In this document: positions 9,158 to 19,071 of the stretch, in pieces
How the letters are laid out: every line of letters starts with the position of its first letter
How positions within the stretch are numbered: the stretch's first letter is position 1
Assembly (NCBI GenBank): GCA_965222225.1
Contig: CBDCTK010000002.1
Span: forward strand, 5,294,977-5,358,976
DNA from: Candidatus Poribacteria bacterium
GTDB taxonomy: Bacteria > Poribacteria > WGA-4E > JAJDTR01
Reading direction: 5' to 3'
DNA length: 64,000 nucleotides
Program-made: the position numbers and the translations under genes
The notes under the pieces: model-generated
What the model saw: only the letters and a program-made list of their open reading frames with translations
What the model was told of the DNA's origin: nothing
Databases searched by the model: none

Positions 9158-10123
9158 CTATCTCTTTTTAATCAGCTTCTGGAACGACCGAAGTTCACGA
9201 GGTGGATCCATTTGACTTCCGTAGTCGCTCCAAGAAACCTCCGCAACGTAAATATCACCCTTCGAGTCAACTGCGATTCCGTGCGGCGAATAAAACCGTC
9301 CGGGTTCATCACCGTAAGATTGGTCGCTCAATTGTGACAAAATATTGCCCTTGAGATCCATGATGGTTACGCGAGGACCTAGGTTGGTGCCGATACGATT
9401 ACTGCCAATTCCGCAGAAGTATTCTCCAACGTAAATCAGCGGTTCATCCTTCATGTCAATACAGATGCACGCCGCGCGCGACAAATTTACCCACTGCGTT
9501 TCGTATTTGCCGTTTGGGTCGAACACCTGTATTCGGTGATTCTCGCGATCCGCGATGTAGACCCAGCCGTCCTTGTCTACGACGATGTTGTGAACGATAT
9601 TGAATTGTCCCGGCCCCGTGCCAGATTCTCCCCAAGAAAACAGGTGTTTTCCATCCGGCGAAAATTTGTGCACCCGCGCATTCGCGTAACCGTCCGCGAC
9701 ATACAAACCCCCGTCGCGTGGATCAACTGCACTGTGCGTCGGCAAGTTAAACGGAATACCGCCCATTGCCGGTGAAGGCTTGTTCGCTTCTCCCAAGGTT
9801 AACAGCAGTTTTCCGTCGGGAGTAAACTTGCGAACCGTATGATCGCCATTGTCAACACAGTAGACCATGGCATCAGGTCCAATGGTTACCCCATGCGGAT
9901 TTCCGAATATACCGTCGCCCCACGTCCGGAGGACATTCCCGTCAGGGTCTAGTACGACCATTGGGTGAGTGCCGCGATTGAAGACGTAAACGTTGTCTTT
10001 TTCGTCCACGGCGACAGCGGTAGCTTCTTTGTAGGTCCAGTTCTCTGGAAGATTGCCCCAATCCTCCCCGGACGTTTCATAGCCATAATCTTCGTTGCCT
10101 AGAGTAACCATATCTTTCCTCAA
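9158..10123 (-). CDS. NHL-repeat six-bladed beta-propeller protein
   Basis: Repeated …Y(V/I)AD..N.R(V/I).(F/V)…DGK… blades (GNPHGVTIGPDAMVYCVDNGDHTVRKFTPDGK; YVADGYANARVHKFSPDGK; YIADRENHRIQVFDPNGK). Confidence 0.7.
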   Translation of the reverse strand: MRKDMVTLGNEDYGYETSGEDWGNLPENWTYKEATAVAVDEKDNVYVFNRGTHPMVVLDPDGNVLRTWGDGIFGNPHGVTIGPDAMVYCVDNGDHTVRKFTPDGKLLLTLGEANKPSPAMGGIPFNLPTHSAVDPRDGGLYVADGYANARVHKFSPDGKHLFSWGESGTGPGQFNIVHNIVVDKDGWVYIADRENHRIQVFDPNGKYETQWVNLSRAACICIDMKDEPLIYVGEYFCGIGSNRIGTNLGPRVTIMDLKGNILSQLSDQSYGDEPGRFYSPHGIAVDSKGDIYVAEVSWSDYGSQMDPPRELRSFQKLIKKR

Positions 10124-10183
10124 CTTTAAGATGTTCTATTGATCCCCATCTCGTATTGTGGACGGGGCTCAAGATGCGTTCAA

Positions 10184-11023
10184 TCAACCCGTTGCCGGGT
10201 GAGTGAGACCGAGAGTCTGACGCGCCTCGTCGGGCGTTGCGACTTCACGCTGCAACTGCTCCACCAAATTGGCGGCGACTTCAACCATCTCAGCATTGCT
10301 TTTGAGCAGTACCCCGCGACGCAGATAGATGTTGTCCTCAAACCCGACGCGGATGTGACCGCCCAATAGGATACCCATCGTAATCATCGGCAACTGCGTT
10401 CGGCCAACCCCCAAAACGGACCATTGTGCTTTTGGTGGCAACTGTTTTACCATAGCCAGTAGATGCTCCGGCGTGGCTTCAATCCCCCACCCGGCGCCCA
10501 TGCACAGTTGGATAAATAACGGTTCATCAAACAATCCCTCATCAATCAACTGCTGCGCTTGCGCCATGTGACCCATATCAAACACTTCGATTTCGGGTTT
10601 GACGCCGTATTCCCGCATCCGCTTTGCCGCGGCGCGTCCCCACTCCGGCGGATTGAGAAACACGCCATCCCCAAAGTTCATTGACCCCACATCAAGTGAA
10701 CACAACTCGGGTTTTAAGGTCACCGGCTCAAGGCGTTCTTCGATGATGTTTTTGCCCGGTATATTTCCGCCGCTCGTCGTGAGGTTGATTGCAATATCGC
10801 ACCCCTCCCGAATTCGGTCGACCACCTCTTTGAAGAGTTCAATCCTTGAGCACACGATGCCGGTCTCGGGATCACGAACATGGATGTGAGTAATCGCCGC
10901 CCCCGCTTTGCAACATTCGATGGCTGCCTCTGCGATCTCCTTTGGGGTGTACGGCACAGCCGGATTCTTGTCCTTCATGGGGCCTGAGCCGCACACTGCC
11001 ACCGAGATAATAGTCTTCTCCAT
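10184..11023 (-). CDS. BKACE-family beta-keto acid cleavage enzyme (3-keto-5-aminohexanoate cleavage enzyme-like, DUF849)
   Basis: N-terminal [44 protein letters not shown] signature. 279 aa. Confidence 0.75.
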   Translation of the reverse strand: MEKTIISVAVCGSGPMKDKNPAVPYTPKEIAEAAIECCKAGAAITHIHVRDPETGIVCSRIELFKEVVDRIREGCDIAINLTTSGGNIPGKNIIEERLEPVTLKPELCSLDVGSMNFGDGVFLNPPEWGRAAAKRMREYGVKPEIEVFDMGHMAQAQQLIDEGLFDEPLFIQLCMGAGWGIEATPEHLLAMVKQLPPKAQWSVLGVGRTQLPMITMGILLGGHIRVGFEDNIYLRRGVLLKSNAEMVEVAANLVEQLQREVATPDEARQTLGLTHPATG

Positions 11024-11253
11024 AATCTCTCACTTCCAATCAGATTGCAAAGATGGCCGAAGTCTACCCAAGCATCCACCGCACCGCCGGTGCTAAAGGC
11101 ATAGGTTGCTTCCGATACTATACACCTGACGCACCGCTAGAACCAAAGAGAGGGTATCCCCCAATCTTCCATCTTCCCAGTCTTCCACCCTTGCCCCGCC
11201 TTGGAAAGATTTGATTGACGCTATTTATACACTGCAAATATAGAGAAATGGTA

Positions 11254-12105
11254 TTAATTCTTGACCATTCCGCCGTCAACATTCAAAGTTTGGCCCGTGA
11301 TGTTCATCGCATCTTCGGAGACCAGAAACGTCACAGCGCGTCCGAGATCTTCTGCCATCTGCTCCCGTCGCATAGGAGTCGCACGGAACATGTCGGGGTA
11401 TTTACCGTGGGCAATACCGACGAACCATTCTCTGGAGTCTTGCCCCTGAAATTCTGGAATGTTCTCCACCATCCGTTTTGAGATGCCTTTCCACGCATCC
11501 GTATATACGATGCCGGGGCAAACGCAATTCACGTTGATGTTATGTGGTCCTAGTCGTTCCGCGAGCGTCTGGGTGTAGCTAATCAAACCCGCCTTCACCG
11601 CACAGTAGGCTGGCGGGACGAAACGCTCCATGTTCTTGGCTGATGGCGTAAACCGACCAGCTATCGACGAGACGTTCACAATCTTCCCGCTGTTTTGTTC
11701 TATAAAATGTGGTGCGACAGCTTCACACATCAGAACCGATGCCCTGAGGTTCTGTTCGTAGGTGCCATCCCACAGCGCTTCAACATTTGCGAGCGGTCCC
11801 GAGCCGACCACTTTTGGCGTTGCGCGTCCGCCGCCCACATTGTTAACAACGATGTCAATCTTGCCGCACGCGTCAAGCGTTTTCTGAACCACACGCAAGA
11901 TTGTATCCGCTGTCGTAATGTCGCCCGGCATGGCAACGGCTTTGCGGCCGATTGCCCGCACCGCATCGGCAGTGCTGTTTGTTGTTTCTTCGCGGAAGGA
12001 ACTCACGACGACATCAGCGCCTTCCTCGGCGAGACAAAGCGCAATGGCGCGGCCAATCCCCCGTCCCGCAGCGGTTACGATAGCTACTTTTCCTTCCAAT
12101 TTCAT
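11254..12105 (-). CDS. SDR-family oxidoreductase
   Basis: MKLEGKVAIVTAAGRGIGRAIA… glycine-rich NAD(P)-binding motif and the YxxxK pattern. Confidence 0.85.
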   Translation of the reverse strand: MKLEGKVAIVTAAGRGIGRAIALCLAEEGADVVVSSFREETTNSTADAVRAIGRKAVAMPGDITTADTILRVVQKTLDACGKIDIVVNNVGGGRATPKVVGSGPLANVEALWDGTYEQNLRASVLMCEAVAPHFIEQNSGKIVNVSSIAGRFTPSAKNMERFVPPAYCAVKAGLISYTQTLAERLGPHNINVNCVCPGIVYTDAWKGISKRMVENIPEFQGQDSREWFVGIAHGKYPDMFRATPMRREQMAEDLGRAVTFLVSEDAMNITGQTLNVDGGMVKN

Positions 12106-12139
12106 GGCATACCTCTCTCGTTACCAATCTTTGCTCGCC

Positions 12140-13258
12140 CTAAGCTGTCCCGGAAGATTCGAACACGACAAGCGATCTTGCCACATTTCCCTTTTCCAAC
12201 GCGTCGAAACCCGTGTTAATCTCGGACAGTGGCAAACGCATGCTAATCATTTCGTCAAGTAGCAATCGCCCATCCATATACAGATTTGCCAATCGCGGAA
12301 AGTCCACTCGTGGACGGCTCATACCGTAAGACGTGCGCACGATTTCACGTTCACCCATCAGGATATGGAACGGCAACGTGACCTCTTCCCCGAAAGGCGT
12401 CTTGCCGAGTAGGACAATCCTCGCGCCGGGGCGTGAGGCTTCGAGTGTCTGTCGAATCGAGATATTCTGACCAGCGGCTTCAATCGCATAATCGGCACCG
12501 CGCCCATCGGTTAGCTCGCGTACAAACGCGACGGGGTCATCTTGTGTAGCATCCACAACATGTGTCGCGCCGAATTTTCGAGCCCATTCCAATTTCAGGG
12601 GATTGACATCTACCCCCACGATAATTGAGGCGCCGGAGATACGAGCTCCTTGCACGGCACTAAGTCCCACGGCGCCGCAACCACTCACCACGACGCTAGT
12701 CTCCGGTTTAATGCGGGCGGCATGAACGGCGCCCCCATATCCTGTCATAACCGCGCATCCAAGCAATGCCGCCCGGTCCAATGGAAAGTCCTTCCGCAAC
12801 GGCACCGCTGCCTGCTCCGGGATGACGTTATACTCCGCGTGTGACGACACAAGGCTGTAGTAATAGACCGGCTCCCCGTCAAGTGACATGCGCGTTGTCC
12901 CGTCGAATAGAACCCCCTTGCCACCGGCGGACTTCGCCACCTCGCACAGAATAGGTTGACCGTGATCGCAGTAAAAACAGTGACCACAATTGGGGCTCCA
13001 TGAACACGCCACGTGGTCGCCGACTTTCACCCGCGTAACTCCCGGACCAACGGATTCAACCACACCTGCGCCTTCGTGACCAATTACGGCAGGTAGGTTC
13101 ACCGGCTGGTAGCCGTGCATGGTCTCCCAGTCCGTGTGGCAAAGTCCGCTGGCGGCGATTTTCACGCGAACCTCGCCTGGACCCGGATCTGCAATTTCAA
13201 GCTCTTCAACTGAGAGCGTGCTAGGCGTTGAGTGCAGCACGGCGGCTTTCATTTTCAT
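12140..13258 (-). CDS. Zinc-dependent alcohol dehydrogenase (MDR family, class III/formaldehyde dehydrogenase-like)
   Basis: GLCHTDWETMHG, GHEGAGVVESVG and GxGxxG (VSGCGAVGLSAVQGA) motifs. Confidence 0.85.
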   Translation of the reverse strand: MKMKAAVLHSTPSTLSVEELEIADPGPGEVRVKIAASGLCHTDWETMHGYQPVNLPAVIGHEGAGVVESVGPGVTRVKVGDHVACSWSPNCGHCFYCDHGQPILCEVAKSAGGKGVLFDGTTRMSLDGEPVYYYSLVSSHAEYNVIPEQAAVPLRKDFPLDRAALLGCAVMTGYGGAVHAARIKPETSVVVSGCGAVGLSAVQGARISGASIIVGVDVNPLKLEWARKFGATHVVDATQDDPVAFVRELTDGRGADYAIEAAGQNISIRQTLEASRPGARIVLLGKTPFGEEVTLPFHILMGEREIVRTSYGMSRPRVDFPRLANLYMDGRLLLDEMISMRLPLSEINTGFDALEKGNVARSLVVFESSGTA

Positions 13259-13370
13259 GGTGGTCGTTCTCCTTATGTCGAAACGGGTAGCGTTTTGAGG
13301 TATTGGAGTTCGCTCACACCTTCAAATATCCTAATATGCTTCATCTTTCGGTAGCTATGTACCAGACGTA

Positions 13371-14264
13371 TTATTCAGCCGCGGACGGTGTCCACGATTT
13401 CAACTGCTTCCGCCAGACCCGATCTACCTCACCCCGAATCGCCTGTACATCCTCCCAGCGGTCTCCGAACACAGACAGGAAATAGCCTCCCGACCCCTGC
13501 TCCGGACAAACAAACATCTCCCTGCCCGGTTCAGCCGCTTGCATCCAACACTCAATGACCTGCTCGGCGAATTCTAGCCAATCCAGAAACTCCGGCGTGA
13601 ACTTCCCACCTCGTCCAAGTGCGGGCACTTGGCAATGATGACCATTAAACGGTCGAAAATGGAACTGCTGCGCATACTGGATAAGGTCTGTCCGCTCCGC
13701 CAAGCGATCCCAGTAAGGCGGTGAAAGGTGTTTGATGACTGCCGGATGCGAGAAATCCCACGTCATTTTCAGTAGGCGGTTCTCCGCCTTTTCAAATCCC
13801 TCCGCCAGTGCATAAGCCTTCTCTGGGGTCTCGGTGCACGTGTCGCGGTGAACCTCAATGGCGACATCCATCTCCAACTCGTCTGCTGTCTCCATCACCC
13901 GTCGCGCTACAAACAGCGCACGTTCGGTTGGAGTGTCATGGTCGAGCAACTGCACATTCACGCATCGCGCGTTAGCATCTTTAATCGCCCTGAGCTTCGG
14001 ACAAATCTCCTTTGCGTTTCCTATATCCACGGTGGCTGCGAAGAGAAGTCCGTGTTTTTCGACATGCTCGGCGGTGATATCAGGCACCCGTCCGCAAAAT
14101 CCATCAAAGCCCGCCTTCTTGATCCGCTTAATTTTCTGGTCGATCGACCATTCTCCCTTCTTCCCGCCGTAGTCGGTCAACGTCCAAAGGGTAGCCATGT
14201 GCTGAATCTTCGGCCGATTGATTTTCTTTAAATCATCGTTTTTCCCGTTATCCTTAGCCATCAA
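13371..14264 (-). CDS. Sugar-phosphate isomerase/epimerase (xylose isomerase-like TIM barrel) family protein
   Basis: Pattern recognised by eye only (…AGFDGFCGR…, multiple E/D/H metal-ligand positions). Confidence 0.45.
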   Translation of the reverse strand: MMAKDNGKNDDLKKINRPKIQHMATLWTLTDYGGKKGEWSIDQKIKRIKKAGFDGFCGRVPDITAEHVEKHGLLFAATVDIGNAKEICPKLRAIKDANARCVNVQLLDHDTPTERALFVARRVMETADELEMDVAIEVHRDTCTETPEKAYALAEGFEKAENRLLKMTWDFSHPAVIKHLSPPYWDRLAERTDLIQYAQQFHFRPFNGHHCQVPALGRGGKFTPEFLDWLEFAEQVIECWMQAAEPGREMFVCPEQGSGGYFLSVFGDRWEDVQAIRGEVDRVWRKQLKSWTPSAAE

Positions 14265-14475
14265 TCTCTCCTTAAGTGTATGGAACCTTTCAATGCCTCG
14301 TAACTGCGACTGAGCTATTCGTATCTATCGTTGCCCACGTTGGAAAATTCGACTTCAAAAATTATAACATCTTTCCGAAAAGTTAAGAATAAAAATCGAC
14401 AGATGCCATAAAGCCATCCACCTGCTAGAGGTTTGGGAATCTTCAATCATCAAATCGACAATGGAATCTTCACAG

Positions 14476-14502
14476 ATGCAGGTCCCTGTAGGAACGATCT
14501 CG
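14476..14502. repeat. Palindromic-element 5' module variant (CTGTAGGAACGATCTCGCGGTCACGAC)
   Basis: Diverged copy of the 1150 family module. Confidence 0.5.
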
Positions 14503-14598
14503 CGGTCACGACAATTTAATTGCAGGTGTACAAGCAGAATGGGCACCTGCAACTTCGGCCACGTTAATAAACCGCCGAAAATATCCGCTGTTAATAGC

Positions 14599-14698
14599 TA
14601 TACCATTTCGTTCGAATAACAGTGGATAGAGCGAAATAACTATTTCGTTAGGACTTATGCGATGGAGCATCCGGTAGGAGCGATCTCCGAATCGCGAC
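14599..14698. repeat. Composite repeat: TATACCATTTCG leader module, then a GCGATGG unit, then a palindromic-element 5' module (GTAGGAGCGATCTCCGAATCGCGAC)
   Basis: Juxtaposes modules from both repeat families. Confidence 0.7.
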
Positions 14699-14940
14699 TT
14701 TAATTCACGCCATTGATGCACTGTCATTTAGAGAATTGGTGTTATCACTGTTTTTTCCTATTCCTATCTGGTATAATTTTCATAACTTGGGCACACTCCT
14801 TGATGCCCGATGAATCGGGCTACTATAGGCTGGAGCGCGTAAGTCCTAGACCGCTCAAGATATAGTAGAAATAGCATTTGCCACTATAACTGAAATAGAG
14901 ATTTACAATTCGTAGCTAGACCCACAGGAAAACGAAAAGC

Positions 14941-16032
14941 ATGAAAGCGACAATTGCAGTATTGGAAGGCGACGGAATCGGTCCCGAAATCATGGCAGAA
15001 GGTCTCAAGGTCCTTGATGCCATAGCAGCGCGATACAACCACGATTTTGAATATAAACGATGCGCGTTCGGTGCCGCTGCGTATTTCACCACGGGATCGG
15101 CATTTCCGGACCAAACCCGTGAAGTATGTGATGAGGCAGATACCATCATCAAGGGGCCCGTTGGGATTGCCGTTCGAGAAATGAACCGAATTCCTACCGA
15201 GGAACGACCTGAGTTGGCGGTATTGGAATTGCGAGAACGATACACGACCTTCGCCAATTATCGCCCCGTAAAACTACCGTCATCTTTGGCTAGCTTCTCG
15301 CCACTGCGTGAGGATCGTTTGGGAGCAGGCATCGACATTCTCATGATCCGAGAACTCACGGGGGATATATACTTCGGTAAAAAGCGGGAGGGAAAGGACA
15401 CCGGAATGCAATTTGCCCAAGACGATTGTGTCTACACGGAGGAGCAGATTCGGCGTGTTGCAACGACTGCCTTTGAAGAGGCGCGGGCTCGGAACGTGCA
15501 GCTCACCAACGTTGATAAAGCGAATATACTTGCCACCTCAAGGTTCTGGCGCGCAATTGTGGAGGAAACCGCCCGCTCATTTCGGGAGGTGCCGCTTCAG
15601 CACGTGTTGGTGGACAATGCAGCCTACCAACTCGTCATCGATCCGACACAGTTCAACGGCGTGATGTTACTTGGCAATATGAACGGTGACATTTTGAGCG
15701 ATGAAGCGGGAGGAATCATCGGATCCCTCGGACTTATGCCATCAGCCTGCGTGGGCCCTGAGAAAGTTTTCGTGGAACCCGTGCACGGTGCGGCACCGGA
15801 CATTGCGGGTACGGGACAAGCTAATCCTTATTCGATGATTGGCAGCGCCGCCCTGATGCTTGAAAAAGGACTTGGGCTAAACGAGGAATCTAATCTGATC
15901 TGGGACTGCCTATTTGGTGTTTTTGAACAAGGCTATGTTACGGCCGAGCTTGCCGCGGCGGTGAAACGGGGAACGGTACTTTCTACGTCGGAGTTTGGGG
16001 ATCGCGTAGCAAGCGCGATACAAACGGCTTAA
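14941..16032 (+). CDS. leuB: 3-isopropylmalate dehydrogenase-like (isocitrate/isopropylmalate/tartrate dehydrogenase family)
   Basis: MKATIAVLEGDGIGPEIMAEGLKVL N-terminus and the IRE(L)TGDIYFG motif. 363 aa, typical of LeuB or tartrate dehydrogenase. Confidence 0.7.
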   Translation: MKATIAVLEGDGIGPEIMAEGLKVLDAIAARYNHDFEYKRCAFGAAAYFTTGSAFPDQTREVCDEADTIIKGPVGIAVREMNRIPTEERPELAVLELRERYTTFANYRPVKLPSSLASFSPLREDRLGAGIDILMIRELTGDIYFGKKREGKDTGMQFAQDDCVYTEEQIRRVATTAFEEARARNVQLTNVDKANILATSRFWRAIVEETARSFREVPLQHVLVDNAAYQLVIDPTQFNGVMLLGNMNGDILSDEAGGIIGSLGLMPSACVGPEKVFVEPVHGAAPDIAGTGQANPYSMIGSAALMLEKGLGLNEESNLIWDCLFGVFEQGYVTAELAAAVKRGTVLSTSEFGDRVASAIQTA

Positions 16033-16068
16033 GTTCTGCGGTTTGACAAATCACTTGGCGTTCTTCGG

Positions 16069-16091
16069 TGGAGCGATCTCCGAATCGCGAC
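16069..16091. repeat. Palindromic-element 5' module (GGAGCGATCTCCGAATCGCGAC), partial
   Basis: Lies immediately downstream of the leuB-like stop. Possibly a terminator or stability hairpin. Confidence 0.6.
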
Positions 16092-16155
16092 TTCAATTCC
16101 TCCCAGTGATTCAGAGCAACTGCCACTTGAATCTCCACGGTTCAACCGACAAATG

Positions 16156-17001
16156 TTATCGCTTAGTCGCTAATTCACGTTTTAGCCGTTTGGCGTTCTC
16201 AATCTTAACCTCGAATTGTCGTAAATCACTAGCCTTTTCAAGAAAGAGATTCAGATACAATTGGGTCATGGACGCATTGCCCTCCTCCTTGTACAACTGA
16301 CTGAGCCGGTAATAGACCTCCGGATCCGTCGAGTCGAGCGACAACGCCTTTTCATACGTGCGAATCGCTTGATTCAATCGTCCCGAATCTTGAAACGCTT
16401 CGCCCAAGCTAACATGCGCATCCGCGTCGCTTTGATCTAGGCTGATTGTCCTCTCGTAATTCTCGATAGCAACCTCAAACTCTCCCCGCGCGTGCTGAGC
16501 CACCGCCAAATTATAATAGGCATCTTGGAATTCCGGGTCAATTTCGATTGCCCCACGATAGGCTTTGACCGCTTCTTCAAATTCGCCCTCACTGTCGTAA
16601 GCGTATCCCAAATTGTTATAGAACACTGGATTGTCCGGCTCCACCCGAATCGCCTCCCGGAACGCTTTAGTCGCCTCATCATTTAGCCGCAAACTTAGGT
16701 ATACCAATCCAAGGTGGTTATGAGTTTTCGCGTTCTCGTCATCAAGGCTCACCGCCGTCCGGAATGCCTCAATCGCTTTATCGTGCTCGCCCAGATCATG
16801 GTAGGTTTTCCCGAGTTGAAAGTGTCCCTCCGCGTCCTCCGGCGTTAAACCCATTCCCATTCTAAGTTTGAACGCTTCGCGTTTAAGTTGCTCTTGCCGT
16901 TGCGTGGCTTCATCGGGAGGCTGGCAACCTGAGAATATGAGCCAGGCGCTGAGCATAATACGAATCGAGGTGTGTAGTCGACTGAACGATGGCGAACGCA
17001 T
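16156..17001 (-). CDS. TPR-repeat lipoprotein
   Basis: Signal peptide with a lipobox-like LIFSGC. Multiple 34-aa TPR units (…AIEAFRTAVSLD…, …AIENYERTISLD…). Confidence 0.7.
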   Translation of the reverse strand: MRSPSFSRLHTSIRIMLSAWLIFSGCQPPDEATQRQEQLKREAFKLRMGMGLTPEDAEGHFQLGKTYHDLGEHDKAIEAFRTAVSLDDENAKTHNHLGLVYLSLRLNDEATKAFREAIRVEPDNPVFYNNLGYAYDSEGEFEEAVKAYRGAIEIDPEFQDAYYNLAVAQHARGEFEVAIENYERTISLDQSDADAHVSLGEAFQDSGRLNQAIRTYEKALSLDSTDPEVYYRLSQLYKEEGNASMTQLYLNLFLEKASDLRQFEVKIENAKRLKRELATKR

Positions 17002-17167
17002 GGTGGCTATCTCATTGGTGACAACGGAGTGGATGGACTGTGGTAAAATTTTAGTAGGAACAGATAAGTTGGCGAGAACTCGAACTTCTCAATCCGTGGA
17101 TTTGAGGATTGGCAGAGCCTTGATAAATTCGCAAAAAGCAGAGACGTCACCCGCTATTGGCGGGGTA

Positions 17168-17737
17168 TTACGGCAACCGGCGGAACACATCGCTCAACGG
17201 TTTTCGAGGCGAATTTCCAATCACCGCTGGATAACCCGTATAGAAAAAGCCAATGATGTATTCGCGTGCACTATCAATACCGAGCAAACGATACGTGTTC
17301 GGCTCCATCGTAATCTTTCCCGTACTCCACTGCATACCGATGCCCATCTCCCAGGCGACGAGCTGGACGCTCATCATCGCACAGCACGCAGCCGCATAAT
17401 CCTCTCGACGCTGTTGTTCGTCACCGTCCTGAATGCAGGAAACCGCGATGATAGTGGGCTTTGACATCAGTTTTTGAAAACCGGCTTCACCAATCTTCTC
17501 CTTGTTCTCTGCACTCACGTGATCTGCCGCTTTCTCTATTTGAATCTCTCGATACCGTTCTGCGAGGGTCAGTTTTGTTTCTTCGCCGACGACCGTGAAT
17601 CGCCAAGGTTCGGTAAGTTTGTGATTGGGTGCGAAGATCCCGAAACCCAAGATTTTCTCGATAACATCATTGGGTATTGGATCCGGCTTGAACTTAAAAA
17701 TCGTGCGACGCGACATAACTGTCTCTGAAACTGTCAT
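17168..17737 (-). CDS. Nitroreductase-family protein
   Basis: …MSRRTIFKFKPDPIPNDVIEKIL… and the overall nitroreductase fold pattern. The start is inferred at MTVSE. Confidence 0.65.
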   Translation of the reverse strand: MTVSETVMSRRTIFKFKPDPIPNDVIEKILGFGIFAPNHKLTEPWRFTVVGEETKLTLAERYREIQIEKAADHVSAENKEKIGEAGFQKLMSKPTIIAVSCIQDGDEQQRREDYAAACCAMMSVQLVAWEMGIGMQWSTGKITMEPNTYRLLGIDSAREYIIGFFYTGYPAVIGNSPRKPLSDVFRRLP

Positions 17738-17821
17738 GGTCAGATAGCCTCCAACTAAAATGTGCACTATTGCGGATGTTCAATCCTGAAACGTCTGCTA
17801 AATTCTAATTCTTAATCTTTA

Positions 17822-18619
17822 TCAAACCCAACCAATTAACCTCAAATATCCTTTCCACATCCCCTCTCCCCAAAAGAGGTCCAACACCGCCGCAATCGCC
17901 AAAAATGGTCCATAAGGAATCGGATGCTGTCGATTGCGCTCGGTAAATAGGATTAGCAGTACCCCTACGATTGAGCCAATAAGTGCGGATAAAACGACCA
18001 CAATCAACAGGTGCGGCCACGCGCCCAGAAACAGCCCAATCAGTGCCATCAACTTGATGTCTCCGCCGCCCATGGCTTCCTTGCGCAAGATCGCCTTTCC
18101 TAGGGTTCCTATTAACAACAGAATCCCACCACCTGCAACCGTCCCGATTAGATGTTCAAGAAGGTAATACCAATCCTGTTGTTGCACGGATATGGCGACG
18201 GTTATCCCTAGGCCTAGCAAGAGTCCGATGGCGACAATGGCATCGGGGATGATGTACCATCGCGCGTCAATCCATGAAACCGCTATGAGCAGCGCAACGA
18301 AAAGACACCCATGAACGAAGTCTAGCGTTAAGCCGAACCGATAATACATAAACAGAAACAACCCGCCCGTAATCAATTCGACGAACGGGTATGCAATCGA
18401 AATTCGGGTTCCGCAATCCCGGCATCGCCCGTGCAGGAGGATATAACTTAGGACGGGAATGTTATCGTAGAATCTTATCGTAGCCTGACATTTTGGACAA
18501 ATCGACCATCGGGGAGAGTTTATGGTAAGCCCGTCGCGTGGGATACGGTAGATGCAGACATTCAGGAAACTGCCGATCAGCAAACCAAGCACGAAGATTA
18601 AGAACGGTGCTACTTCCAC
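17822..18619 (-). CDS. pilD: Type IV prepilin peptidase (A24 family)
   Basis: N-terminal CxxC…CxxC zinc box (CPKCQATI…CRDCGTRI) followed by the polytopic membrane domain. Confidence 0.85.
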   Translation of the reverse strand: MEVAPFLIFVLGLLIGSFLNVCIYRIPRDGLTINSPRWSICPKCQATIRFYDNIPVLSYILLHGRCRDCGTRISIAYPFVELITGGLFLFMYYRFGLTLDFVHGCLFVALLIAVSWIDARWYIIPDAIVAIGLLLGLGITVAISVQQQDWYYLLEHLIGTVAGGGILLLIGTLGKAILRKEAMGGGDIKLMALIGLFLGAWPHLLIVVVLSALIGSIVGVLLILFTERNRQHPIPYGPFLAIAAVLDLFWGEGMWKGYLRLIGWV

Positions 18620-19071
18620 CAGTACTTGGCTCCTTCCTCTGGGTCCTTATGATACACACGGCTAATCTCCGCAACGCCTCCGTGTTTGTATTTTTCCGGT
18701 ACGCGGGGATGGTCTGCAAAAACACACACCTTGTATATATCCGGCAAGAGTTGATAGCTCCCTCCCCACGGTGTTTGGGGAAGGTCTTCAAGGTAACTTC
18801 CCTTCCAGCCTTCAAGTCCGGGGTTGGTAACCAGATCTTCCAGCCTCATGGGATATGTGTTGGTATGCCTGTGAAATTTCTTAATGACTCCGGCAATCAT
18901 GTCCACGTCGTTGTCGGCAGACAAAACTTTTCGGTCATATTCTAGATACGGTGGCAACGAAAGGGCGGCGATAAGAATGACTAGCGCGACCAAAATGAGT
19001 AGCTGTACTAGTGTCATGCCGGCTGCACAAGATCCGAATCTGCTTTTTGCGTTATTCAGAGTATGGTTCAT
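18610..19071 (-). CDS. Prepilin-type N-terminal cleavage/methylation domain protein (pilin or pseudopilin-like)
   Basis: G|MTLVQLLILVALVILIA hydrophobic N-terminal helix after a short basic leader. Overlaps pilD (10 nt) and the upstream regulator (1 nt). Confidence 0.55.
   Translation of the reverse strand: MNHTLNNAKSRFGSCAAGMTLVQLLILVALVILIAALSLPPYLEYDRKVLSADNDVDMIAGVIKKFHRHTNTYPMRLEDLVTNPGLEGWKGSYLEDLPQTPWGGSYQLLPDIYKVCVFADHPRVPEKYKHGGVAEISRVYHKDPEEGAKYWWK

Noticed and set aside
14700-14940. A structured-looking 5' UTR (cccgatgaatcggg hairpin after a TATAAT) upstream of the leuB-like gene was considered as a leucine leader/attenuator or T-box.
   Set aside because: No leader peptide with Leu codon runs and no T-box specifier/antiterminator motifs could be identified.
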